Assembly (NCBI RefSeq): GCF_006345805.1
Contig: NC_042998.1
Coordinates: 192,696,001 to 192,760,000, forward strand
DNA: 64,000 nucleotides
Source: Octopus sinensis
Taxonomy: Eukaryota
Direction of reading: 5' to 3'
Below the pieces are notes generated by a model. That model was not told the origin of the DNA. It did not search any database and saw only the letters and a program-made list of their open reading frames with translations. Of this stretch, positions 49,480-61,860 are shown piece by piece. Position 1 is the first letter of the stretch, and every line of letters starts with the position of its first letter. The translations under genes and the position numbers were made by a program.

Positions 49480-50065
49480 GGAACCTACATACATTGGAAG
49501 CTATGCCAACATTATGGAATAACAACAGAAAAAAGATGGTATAGGCACACACCAGAAAAGGTCACAGAAAACGAGAAAGCAACCATACTCTGGGATATGC
49601 CGATACACACAGATAGAGAAATTAAGGCCAACAGACCAGATATAGTTGTCAGAGATCATGAAGAAAAAAAATGCTTTCTAATTGATGTATCAATACCGGC
49701 AGATGACAACGTGTCTCTAAAAGAAATAGAGAAACTCTCAAAATACAAAGACCTGGAAATAGAGGTAACTAGAATGTGGAATCTGAAAACAGAAACAATT
49801 CCTATCATAGTAGGTGCATTAGGCATGATAAAAAAATATTCAGACAAATACATAACAAAAACACCAGGACTTACAAACACATATAACATACAGAAAATTG
49901 CACTACTAGGCACTGCACACATCCTACGCAGAACACTTTCCATACAATAACCATCAGAGCATCACAACAAATCACAGCACATACCCAAGGGACACAGCTG
50001 CGCTCGGTAGTGAAGTGAAAGCACGCTATAAAAATAAAACTACTGAATAATGATAATAATAATAA
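49480..50065 (+). mobile_element. R4/Dong-like LINE 3' end, RLE domain still open
   Basis: WYRHTPEKVTENEKATILWDMPIHTDREIKANRPDIVV..LIDVSIPADDNV..EIEKLSKYKDL..IVGALG..LLGTAHILRRTL; (TAA)n on both sides. Confidence 0.92.
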
Positions 50066-50124
50066 TAGAAGTAGTAGTAGTAGTTATAAGGTTAGCTTAT
50101 AAGCATTCATTGTATATTGGCTAA

Positions 50125-51198
50125 AGATCCAAAACATTTTTCAGGGTAGTAATTTTAGACCTATTTGTAAGAATTTGTGTGATGTTTATAAGATTGTGAT
50201 ACCTGTCTGAAAAAGAAGTGTCAAGGAATCAAAGAAGGAGGATAATGGAAGGAAGTTTACTTTATCTCAGTGTCTGATATTCGGCTATTTTCTTTAGCCA
50301 AAATGCACAGTGATTGCTTGTAAGCTTTAAGCTTATAATTATTATTATTATTTTCAGAATTTTCACTCGTTACTGCTTCTCCGACTAATTTATATGTATG
50401 TATATAATATGTAAACTTATACACAACTATTATCTACCAACAATGAATGGGCAACTTGATATGCTTGCATAAGCTCACCCTGCATATAGACCTCGTCATA
50501 TGGAAAACTCCAAAGGTAACGTGCAGTGTGTGAAAATGGTTATTGTAAGCAGATTTAGTTGATAAAATTAACTATTATCTTTAATATTTACCTGTGTTAA
50601 CTTACCTTTAGTATTTTTCTGAGTTTTTTTTTCTTTTTAAAATTTATTTCTATTTTAAAGTAACTTAATATTTTATCTTTTAAGTATGCTATGCAGTTAC
50701 AGAATCCATTATCTCACACATTTTAAGTGCTTAGATAATAATCTGTGTTGACCAAATGATAAACTGCTGTAGAAACTGTAACTTGACACCTCCATCAAGC
50801 TAGTTCTGTAGGTGTACTGATTTTAGAAGAGCAGGTGGATATTACTATTATGAGTTGGTGAGAAACAGGGAGGATAACTCAGTCTGCATCATAAGTTTCA
50901 TAGGAAATAGCTTACAAGAATTTTTTTTTTCTAGAGTGGAATTTAGAAAATTTGGTTGCAGCATGGATTTTTTATTTCTTTATTTTATTATTATTATTAT
51001 TTATTTTTTTTTTTATTTATTTTTAACTTTTGTTAATTTTGTAATACAATCATAGATCCAAAACATTTTCCAGGGTAGTAATTTTAGACCTATTTGTAAG
51101 AATTTGTGTGATGTTTATAAGATTGTGATACCTGTCTGAAAAAGAAGTGTCAAGGAATCAAAGAAGGAGGATAATGGAAGGAAGTTTACTTTATCTCA
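50125..51198 (+). repeat. 145-bp direct duplication (50125-50269 and 51054-51198)
   Basis: One mismatch; sequence not seen elsewhere in the window. Confidence 0.95.
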
Positions 51199-51350
51199 AT
51201 GTTTATTTTTTTTACTTCTGGTGCTAACACTTTTTTAGCTTATCTTATAAAAACTGCCAGTTGGTCGACTTAGAGGAGCTAGTTAAAAACTCCTCAATGT
51301 TTATCTTTAGTTGTTTTTTTGCCAGAGTTTGTGTAGACTTTATCCTATAT

Positions 51351-51395
<45 letters not shown>

Positions 51396-51464
51396 CATCT
51401 TTTATTCAACCTTAGGTATTTCTTTCTAGAATATTTTTAAGTTATTATATTTATAAGTATTACT

Positions 51465-51676
51465 CTCATTTACTTGTTTCAGTCATTTGACTGTGGCCAT
51501 GCTGGAGCACCGCCTTTAGTCGAATCAAATCGACCCCAGGGCTTATTCTTTGTAAGCCTAGTACTTATTCTATCGGTCTCTTTTGCCGAACCGCTAAGTT
51601 ACGGGGACGTAAACACACCAGCATCGGTTGTCAAGCGATGTTGGTGGGGACAAACACAACACACAAACATACACAC

Positions 51677-51733
<57 letters not shown>

Positions 51734-51898
51734 TACAACGGGCTTCCTTCAGTTTCCGTCTACCAAATCCACTCACAAGGCTTTGGTCGGCCCGAGGCTA
51801 TAGTAGAAGACACTTGCCCAAGGTGCCACACAGTGGGACTGAACCCGGAACCATGTGGTTCGTAAGCAAGCTACTTACCACACAGCCACTCCTACGCC
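51465..51898 (-). mobile_element. SINE-A, full length
   Basis: Family match with long (TA)n. Confidence 0.9.
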
Positions 51899-52289
51899 TT
51901 TATTGTTTATCCTAGTATTGTTTATAATATCAGTACAAGAAAATACCATTTTATGATATTCATATTTCGGTATTAGCATTCTGTTCACCCCAAAATATAC
52001 AAATATTTTTCTGCTTCAGTTTTCACATATTTTGATCTATATCTACTCAGTATTTTGTGGTGTCCGTTTCCTTCCTTTCTTTACTTGTTGTTGTTGTTGT
52101 TGTGGTTGTTGAGTAACTCTTGTTAGCTCTGCAACAACAAACCAATATCTAGAATTAATCAATCAAATTCTTTAGAATAAAGTAAAAAAAATATTGCACT
52201 TTGAATATGCCATTATCTAGAATGGTTTTGTAGCATCTTCTACAATCTTGGTCTTTAGAGTAGCATATTCTACAATATTGGGCTTCAGA

Positions 52290-52918
52290 GATTCAAGCGA
52301 GGTCATTGGCAGTACCGCCTGACTGGCCCCCATGCCATGGCACGTAAAAGGGCACCATTCGAGCGTGATCGTTACCAACGTTGCCTTACTGGCACCTGTG
52401 CCGGTGGCATGTGTAAAAAGATTTAATCGAGGTCATTGCCAGTACTGCCTGACTGACCCCTGTGCCGTGGCATGTAAGAGGGCACCATTCGAGCGTGATC
52501 GTTACTAACGTCGCCTTACTGGCACCTGTGCCGGAGGCATGTGTAAAAAGATTTGAGCGAGGTCATTGCCAGTACCGCCTGACCGACCCCTGTGCTGTGG
52601 CATGTAAAAGGGCACCATTCGAGCTTGATCGTTACCAACGTCACCTTACTGGCACCTGTGCCGGAGGCATGTGTAAAAAGATTTGAGCGAGGTCATTGCC
52701 AGTACTGCCTGACTGGCCCCCGTGCTGGTGGCATGTAAAAAGCACCCACTACACTCTCAGAGTGGTTGGCGTTAGGAAGGGCATCCAGCTGTAGAAACTC
52801 TGCCAGATCAAGATTGGAGCCTGGTGCAGACATCTGGTTCGCCAGCCCTCAGTCAAAATTGTCCAACCCATGCTAGCATGCAAAGCGGACGTTAAACGAT
52901 GATGATGATGATGACGAT
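52290..52918 (+). mobile_element. RTE 3' UTR family U with 130-bp internal tandem array
   Basis: GAGGTCATTG at 52299, 52429, 52559 and 52689; (GAT)n tail. Confidence 0.9.
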
Positions 52919-53521
52919 GAGAGTAGCAGTGAAGACATGAATTTGGTCTGCTTTTTTGTCTACTTAACATATGACCAAAGTTTCCAGTGCTGTCAGTGTA
53001 GAATCATTTACCGCATGGTCATTTAGATTCTTTAAAATTCAGTAGAAGTAGCTAGCTGATAACATAAACCAGCTATTTGTGCCTAATTTAATAATTGATA
53101 ATGTAACTAATTAAATGGTGTTGCCATGACATTTTGGTATGTTTTGATGATTTAAATATTTGTGAGTAGTTAGGATGAAGTTGCATAAGTTGTATTGATT
53201 GATGAAGACTGCAGTTGTGAACTCTGCATCCTTGCCTGTCAGGACAGATAATTGAAGAAATTCTGTTGGATTTATGAAATGAGTTAGTTTTAAACCATTT
53301 GAATTCTTTAATTTTACTATATCAATTAGTATGTCTACTCATTTAGTCACTGAAAACTGGTTCAAAAACCACTCTTCTCATTATATATTTACCGAATAGG
53401 TTGTTAGAAATCACATACTTTAAACTCCTGTTTAAAGTGATATCACTTCTTTTCCTTTTTCTTGTGTTGAAACTGAGTAATCCAAGTTAGATCTGTTTTA
53501 TTCTTAATACTCAATTAGGCT

Positions 53522-54000
53522 CTATGAGGCAAGTGAAATCGAAATCAAACTCGGTGACTGGCATCCGTTAGTAGTGGAGCGCTTAGAGTACCATACGAGT
53601 GAGATTGTTGCCAGAGCAGCAAGCTGGGCTTTATGCCGGTGGTTCGTTAAAAACACCATTCGAGCATGATAGTTACCTGCGTCGCCATACTAGCACTTGT
53701 GCTGGTGGCACGTGAAAAAAACATTCGACCGAGGTCATTGCCAGTGCTACTGGACTGCCTCTTGTGCAGGTGGCACATAAAAAGCACCATTTCTGCATGG
53801 CTGTTGCCAGTAACACCAAACTGGCTCTCATGCTGGTGGCACGTAAAAGCACCCACTACACTCTCAGAGTGGTTGGCATTAGGAAGGGCATCCAGCTGTA
53901 GAAACTCTGCCAGATCAGATTGGAGTCTGGTTCGCCAGACCTCAGTTAAATTTTCCAACCCATGCTAACATAGAAAGCGGACGTTAAATGATGATGATGA
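53522..54000 (+). mobile_element. RTE 3' UTR family U
   Basis: Family match, (GAT)n tail. Confidence 0.85.
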
Positions 54001-54539
54001 TTGTCCCTATTAAAAAAGTTGTACATTAATTTGTAAAAACCATGGATTTTGTAATATTTTCTTCTTTACACATTTTGATAAGTTTGGCCAATCGGCAATA
54101 TCATCACATGAGTAGTATTATCATCCCAATAAAGCAACTGACCAGTCGCCATTACTGTATTATGTAGCTGAATATCAAACTGTTATCTGCAAATAGAATG
54201 TCTGAGAGAAAGTGTTTGTATAATGCTTGTGATTCCTTGCACAAAAAACAAATTTTTCTGTATTTATTAATTTTTTTCTAATTTTGGCACAAGACCAGTA
54301 ACTTTGAGGGGAGGGGCATGTTGAGTACATTGACCCCAGTATTTGGCTCGTTCTTTTATTTTATTAACCTGGAAAGGATGAAAGACAAAGTTGATGTCAG
54401 TAGGATTTGATTTCAAAACATAAAGACCTTGAAGAAATACCACCAGGCATTTTGTCTGACATGCTAACAATTCTGCCAGCTTTCCTCTGCTACTGAATTT
54501 TAAAAAATGATGGTTTAAAAGGATTTGTTGATTTCACAA

Positions 54540-54823
54540 CATCATCATCATCATGATCATCGTTTAACGTCTGCTTTCCATGCTAGCATGGGTTGGACGA
54601 TTTGACTGAGGGCTGGTAAACCAGATGGCTGCACCAGACTCCAATCTGATCTGGCAGAGTCTCTACAGCTGGATACCTTTCCTAAAACCAACCACTCTGA
54701 GAGTGTAGTGGGTGCTTTTACATGCCACCGGCACAGGGCCAGTCAGGCGGTACTGGCAATGACCTCGCTTGAATCCTTTACACATGCCACCGGCACAGGT
54801 GCCAGTAAGGCGATGCTGGTAAC
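54540..54823 (-). mobile_element. RTE 3' UTR family U
   Basis: Family match. Confidence 0.85.
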
Positions 54824-55155
54824 GCACAAAGTAACAGAAACTGGTTTGCAAAAAGAGTGAACTTATTTCTGTGACTGACGAAGGATGAGAATTATTTTTT
54901 GTGATGTAGAATGACATTGTTGTTCCACAACCACAGGAAGAATCATCATCTCATTCCAAAATGAATATAATTTGCGTAATTTGGAAGTCTATTCTTTTAT
55001 ATTTATACATCTTTATTGTGAAAGTTTAGATCAAAAAATGCGGGAAGCTGGAAAAAAATTTAAAATTTGTTCTTTGTCATTTACAGACTAATATGTAGTC
55101 AATCAACTTACACGCACACACACACATACACACACACACACACACATGCATATAA

Positions 55156-55502
55156 TCTCTCTATATATAAACGGCAAAATGTCTGTCTGTGTGCGTGTCC
55201 TTTATACAAATCCACAATTTTTCAGTTAGAGGGCTCGCACTTTCTATGGTCATTCAAAACCACCCAAGGGTGGTCGTGCACATCTTTACATTTCCCCAGT
55301 CACCCCGCAAAGCCATTAAAAAATCAATAGAAGTGACTTTTTTGTGAATTTTCTGTCCAAAACCCAATCAAATGCCCAAAACTTGATACGCCAATTGAAT
55401 GCCAGCTAGCTGTATGTGATTGGTCGGAGATTTGAACAGTACTCACGTGTATGTGTGCACGCACGCAGCTGTATATGCATGCACTAGCACTGTGACCCGG
55501 CG
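55156..55502 (+). mobile_element. Helitron H1, 3' end truncated in the hairpin
   Basis: 5' TC after A; ends GACCCGGCGTT. Confidence 0.8.
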
Positions 55503-55758
55503 TTCATTTAGTACATACCCTACAATCTCAATAAACCTGATCATTAAGGTCTGATCTCTGACACTAAATCGAGGCTCACCTTTTCTGGAGATAAAGGATA
55601 GTTTGCTCAGATGAATAATAAATAATATATACTTTAATTGTTGTGCTGTGTGACAAGAAGCAAGGAAATATGGGATTGAATCTAAATCATTTTTATGTCT
55701 ATTGTTCCATGCTGAAAAGGATTGGAATGGACTTTAGAGGTAGAATTTTATGGTTAGA

Positions 55759-56099
55759 CTAGCACTATGACCCGGCAACAGCTGCATGCGTGCGCACATA
55801 CACATGAGTACTGTCCAAATCTCCGACCAATCACATACAGCTAGCTGGCATTCAATTGGCGTATCAAGTTTCGGGCATTTTGATCGGGCTTCGGATAGAA
55901 AATTCACAAAAAAGTCACTTCTATTGATTTTTTAATGGCTTTGCGAGGTGACTGGGGAAATGTAAAGATGTGCATGACCACCCTTGGACGGTTTTGAATA
56001 ACCATAGAAAGTGCAAGCCCTCTAACTGAAAAATTATGGATTTGTATAAAGGACACAGACAGACACAGACAGACATTTTGCCATTTATAGATATAGAGA
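55759..56099 (-). mobile_element. Helitron H1
   Basis: Minus-strand 5' TC and 3' CTAG with A/T target. Confidence 0.8.
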
Positions 56100-56196
56100 T
56101 GCCCTTCTTGACAGTATATTAAAAAACTGGAATATACAAAAGTAATTCCAAGCATAAAAGTATATTTAGTGTATGTTATTCATGTTTCGTTTTAGG

Positions 56197-57048
56197 ATTT
56201 GGTTTGCAAGATTCTTTATATGAGTTTGTGTGTTGAAGCATATTCTGTTGTGTCTGGGGAGAGTCATTTTCTTTTTGTGCTTTATAATGTAACACACTCA
56301 TTGGTAAAATTTCCACTTATTTCTTATTTTTATTTTCCTAAAATTTTCGTTGCGTCTTGCAACCTTTTCAATAGTCTTGACTCTCAGATTTTGTGTATAG
56401 CTTGGAGGAGATGCATGTTTTAATGAAGTGGAGGTGTCGGGTAGCTGTCTTGATTTTCAGACAGCAGAACACGGTGTTTCTCAATGTCTTGCTACCTTGG
56501 CTAAAGCTTATTATATTTCGTTTCTGGATTTGGTTTGCAAGATTCTTTATATGAGTTCGTGTGTTGAAGCATATTCTGTTGTGTCTGGGGAGAGTCATTT
56601 TCTTTTTGTGCCTTATGATGTAACACACACACCGGTAAAATTTCCACTTATTTCTTATTTTTATTTTCCTAAAATTTTCGTTGCGTCTTGCAACCTTTTC
56701 AATAGTCTTGACTCTCAGATTTTGTGTATAGCTTGGAGGAGATGCATGTTTTAATGAAGTGGAGGTGTCGGGTAGCTGTCTTGATTTTCAGACAGCAGAA
56801 GACGGTGTTTCTCAATGTCTTGCTACCTTGGCTAAAGCTTATTATATTTCGTTTCTGGATTTGGTTTGCAAGATTCTTTATATGAGTTCGTGTGTTGAAG
56901 CATATTCTGTTGTGTCTGGAGAGAGTCATTTTCTTTTTGTGCCTTATGATGTAACACACACACCGGTAAAATTTCCACTTATTTCTTATTTTTATTTTCC
57001 TAAAATTTTCGTTGCGTCTTGCAACCCTTTCAATAGTCTTGACTCTCA
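56197..57048 (-). repeat. 331-bp tandem array (about 2.6 units) of a PLE-like 5' module
   Basis: Period 56428 to 56759; encodes MTLPRHNRICFNTRTHIKNLANQ..LKIKTATRHLHFIKTCISSKLY. Confidence 0.85.
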
Positions 57049-57778
57049 TGTTTATTATATAATAAGTACCTCATTTAATCTTATAGCCTAATTTTTTTGT
57101 AATATCTAAATAAATGGAGTTTCATCATCAGTGCAAATGCTAAAAACTAATCAATCCATGCTAAGTAGAGTTAAGAATTTCTGTCAAACCAAAACACTTA
57201 AAAATAATCAATTTTACACCTAGCATTTACACACCTATATTTTCACACTCTGTGTATTTATATTTACAATGAAATTTTAATATGCTAAAATTTTTATGCA
57301 TAATGAATGTTGATGATGAAAATCGATTATGGATTAAAAGCAGAGCGCTGGAGTTGTCTACAGACAAGTTGTGATAAAATAGTTGAGAAAAACTGAAGAT
57401 GTGATTAAAAATATGACTAAATCTGATTCTTTATTTTTTTTCTCCTTGTTGTTTATTCTATTTATTTGTTTGGAAGAGTGGACATAAATGAGGATAATTA
57501 GTTAGATGTGTCTCACGTTGAACAATATATTACTTAAAGTAACAGTAAAAGTCTTCCGTTATAGATGTCATGAAATAATAATTGAAATTTAAGAGATTAT
57601 GTATTTGTTCATTGTTTTCTTATTTCATTATAATTCCATTCACATCTAAAATGTTTTATAGGAATATAAATCAAGTGTAGTAGTTGACTGTATTTATTTT
57701 TAACTGATATTACTGGAAGGACGAAAGGTAAAGTTGGCCCCAGTGAGATTTGAATTTAAAAGGCATTTTGTCTGACTT

Positions 57779-58256
57779 CTTGACCATTTCATATCCATAT
57801 TTGTTTTGAGATGCTCTGTGTTTCTTTCAAATATTTTAATTATAACAAAGAATTTATTAAAATAACTTATCATTAAGCTAGTGTTAGGAACATATACTGT
57901 GACTAATGTTTGGTGGAAGATTTTAATTCAAAACTTATGAAAACATGACATTTGTACTACAGAGCCAGAGCCAGTTTCAGCCAGGTTGGTATCAAAAGGG
58001 TTAAGAATTGTTTCTCTATTATATATTTTAACCCTTTCATTACTGTATTTATTTTGAGATGCTCTGTGTTTCTTTCAATTATTTTAAATATAGCTAAGAA
58101 TTTAGTAAAATAACTTAGTTATCATAAAGCTAGTGTTAGGAACATAAACTGTGACTAAGGTTTGGTGGAAGATTTTAATTCAAAACTTATGAAAACAAGA
58201 CATTTATACTACAGAACCAGAGCAGGTTTCAGCCGGGTTGGTAACGAAAGGGTTAA
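57779..58256. mobile_element. MITE P2 dimer (MITE-spacer-MITE)
   Basis: Same spacer GAATTGTTTCTCTATTATATATT at 58005-58027 as in the 37 kb array; ends GGG-TTAA. Confidence 0.85.
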
Positions 58257-58867
58257 TGATTCTGTTAATCCATCATCAATTAAAATTAAATTTAAAATAA
58301 GGTTAAGCTGTTTCTTTTGCTATATATATTTTACTTTTTTCAAATTTGCTATGATAAAAATCAAACTAAAACATTCCGTAATTCTTCCATAATGCAAGTT
58401 GAATGTGTTGGAAAGGTCATTTGAGAAGGTAAAAAGATAAAGAAATCCGCATTGATTTCAGTATTGTTAGTTGCAGCTGTGGTTTTCTTCTCCTAACTGC
58501 TCTGATAATTTCTTTTGCCTTGCGTTATTTGACAGCAGCTGTGTCTATTCTGTCTATTCTGGCTTGTTACCTACATTAGCAGAAGCTTTATAAAAGATAT
58601 CATATTTCTCATCATTTCATAGATCTCCAGACCTGTTGTTCTACGATCTGTTATTACCAATCACTCCTGTTATTCTTTCTTCTTTGACTGTTTTACTACT
58701 ATTTTAGGGTTTTTTTTTTGGTAGATAAATTGACTTCTGGGTAATCATAGCAAGCAAAGTAGAAAACTGGATCATTGGCTAATTTGCAGTCTTGTGTTAA
58801 GACCTCTGTGCACCCCACCCCCACCCTTACCCCAATTCAAAAGAAGAAGAAGAAATTTCTGAAGTAT

Positions 58868-59282
58868 AGGCACAGGAGTGGCTGTGTGGTAAGTAGCTTG
58901 CTAACCAACCACATGGTTCCCAGGTTCAGTCCCACTGCGTGGCATCTTGGGCAAGTGTCTTCTGCTATAGCCCAGGGCCGACCAATGCCTTGTGAGTGGA
59001 TTTGGTAGACGGAAACTGAAAGAAGCCTGTCGTATATATGTATATGTATATATATATATGTATGTGTGTGTGTGTTTGTGTGTCTGTATTTGTCCCCCTA
59101 GCATTGCTTGACAACCGATGCTGGTGTGTTTACGTCCCTGTCACTTAGCGATTCGGCAAAAGAGACCGATAGAATAAGTACTGGGCTTACAAAGAATAAG
59201 TCCTGGGGTCGATTTGCTCGACTAAAGGCGGTGCTCCAGCATGGCCACAGTCAAATGACTGAAACAAGTAAAAGAGTAAAGA
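58868..59282 (+). mobile_element. SINE-A, full length
   Basis: Family match. Confidence 0.9.
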
Positions 59283-59369
59283 GTGAAGAGTATTAAACTT
59301 TTCTTGCTTTTTGACAAAACAGTGCATCTCTAATTTCTTCCAATTCTTCTGTTTTACAAGATCTGGTTA

Positions 59370-59775
59370 CCATCATCATCATCATCATCATCGTTTAACG
59401 TCCGCCTTCCATGCTAGCATGGGTTGGACGATTTTGACTGAGGGCTGGCGAACCAGACGGCCGCACCAGGCTCCAATCTTGATCTGGCAGTGTTTCTACA
59501 GCTGGATGCCCTTCATAATGCCAACCACTCCGAGATTGCAGTGGGTGCTTTTTACATGCCACCGGCATGGGGGCCAGTCAGGCGGTACTGGCAACGACCT
59601 CGCTCGAATCTTTTTACACATGCCACCAGCACAGGTGCCAGTGAAGCGACGTTGGTAACAATCACGCCCGAATGATGCCCTTTTATGTGCCACCGGCATG
59701 GAGCCAGTTGGCTGCTCTGTCAACGATCACCCTCATATGGTGCTCTTGCACCCCGCTAGCACGGATGCCAGTTGT
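59370..59775 (-). mobile_element. RTE 3' UTR family U
   Basis: Family match. Confidence 0.85.
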
Positions 59776-60324
59776 CGATGTTTATTTAATAATGATGATA
59801 AAAATAAAGCATAGTTTAATTTCTTTTTATTCTTGTTCCAGTTTACAACCATACAGAGATTTTACCATGAAGGGCTCAATCAATTAAAATGGCCCCGGTA
59901 GTTATTATAACACAGGTACTTAGTCTATCAATATCTTTTGCTGAACCATTAAGTTGGGACATAAAAAGTCCAACACCAGTTTCCAACTTATAAGAGATAG
60001 ATACAAAGGGGGGACATGCCCACATATCAGAGAGAGACAGACAGACAGCAAAAGAGGGAGAGAGAGAAGGAGAGAGAGATACAGACAGCAAGAGAGAGAA
60101 GGGGAGAGAGAGAGAGAGACAGACAGACTGACAGCAAGAAAGAAAGAGAGAGAGAACAAGGTCGAAAAAAGAGTACTCAAATACCAGAGGTAGAGTAATA
60201 TGCTTTATTTCAAAGCAGCAGAAATATAACAAAAGCTGTTACTCAGAGTTCAAATAAAGTATATATATATATAAATATATATATATGTGCAAACTCGACA
60301 GTGTAAGTACCTTCAGAGAAAAAT

Positions 60325-61056
60325 TGGACCTAAGACGCATCAGATGTGCTGTGCAAGAGAGACAACTGCACTGGTATGGTCATGTTGCAAGAATTATTAG
60401 GATAGTTGTGTGAAAAAGTGCCACACCCTAGTAGTTGAGGGAACCTGTGGAAGAGGTAGACCCAGGAAGACCTGGGATAAGGTGGTGAAGCACAACCTTC
60501 GGATACAATGACTAGTGACCGAGACCTTTGGAAATATGCTGTTCTTGAGAAGACCTGGCAAGCCAAGTGAGACCATAGCCTGTGGCCTATGCTAAGGGTG
60601 TAACCAGCCCACTTATGCGTACCTTTCCTTCATTGGACACTAAACTCTGCTTGCGAAGACCTGTTGAGGCAAGTGAAATAAAAATCAAATTCAATGACTG
60701 GCATCCATGCTAGTGGAACGCTAAGAGCACCATCCGAGTGTGATCGTTGCCAGAGCAGCTGAGTGGCTTCTGTGCCGGTGACACATAAAAAGCACCATTC
60801 AAGCATGATCGTTACCAGCATTGCCTTACTGGCACTTGTGCCGGTGGCACGTGAAAAAACATTTGAGCGAGGTTGTTGCCAGTGCTGGTGGCACGTAAAA
60901 GCACCCACTACGTTTTTGGAGTGGTTGGCATTAGGAAGGGCATTCAGCTGTAGAAACTCTGCCAGATCAGATTGGAGCCTGGTGCAGCCATCTGGTTCAA
61001 CAGGCCTCAGTCAAATCGTCCAACCCAGGCAGGCGTTAAACGATGATGATGATGAT
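60325..61056 (+). mobile_element. RTE LINE 3' end: decayed ORF joined to UTR family U
   Basis: RIRCAVQERQLHWYGHVAR..VEGTCGRGRPRKTWD..MTSDRDLWKYAV runs into the U sequence and (GAT)n tail. Confidence 0.85.
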
Positions 61057-61549
61057 GAATATATATATATATCCTTATCATCATCAGTTGAATCTTAAAA
61101 ATTGTTCGAAAACAAAATTAGTGAATGTATTGTAAATACACCCATAATTTTTAAAATATACGTTTATTTCTAATGATAGAGTTTTATTCATTGCTATTAA
61201 TACTGTGATATTCTTTTTTTATTTTTTGTAATTATCGAATAAATTAATTTAATCTAAAGTATTTATCAATACGATATGCTGCTAGCTCCATCAACTTCAG
61301 TTTCTCAAACTATTAGATTTCAATTCATAATTATCACTTACGAACAATTCTACCAGTACAAGAAATATTACATGCACTTTATTGCAAAATTGTCTCCTGC
61401 ATTCCATGTGCAAAAAAAAAATTTTGGGACAATCAATTATGTATGAAAGACTAAAGACTCTTGTTAAAGTGCAGTAGATTCTTAATAAATTTTACTGTTA
61501 GCTCTAGTTTATAAAATACCAATTTTAGACATATGTTTTATCCTTAATC

Positions 61550-61860
61550 ATCATCATCATTGTTCGACCGTGGTCGAGACAATGGAATTTACCATGCTAC
61601 GCCAGACTTCACGGCCATCATGGCAGTACGGAGGTCCTGTTGCTGGATGCCTGTATCCCTGGAGATTACATCAGGGTAGGAGAGTGTGCGCCCTCTGGTA
61701 TTGCGAGTAGATGGCTTCCAGAGGAGAAGAGTAGAAATTACTTCTTTTTCAGCTCTACAACAATGTCCAGCAAACTGGACTCTCCTACCTTTCACATTTA
61801 TCCTTAAAATGTTTGTCTCTGAACAACACACTGAGTACTTGGACATTGTTATGCTGCAAG
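61550..61860 (-). mobile_element. Third RTE-clade LINE 3' end
   Basis: RRVQFAGHCCRAEKEVISTLLLWKP..RGRTLSYPDVISRDTG..DLRTAM; (TGA)n tail. Confidence 0.85.

Noticed and set aside
60165-60255. Possible LTR fragment with a minus-strand AATAAA
   Set aside because: No second LTR, PBS, PPT or TG..CA ends are visible.
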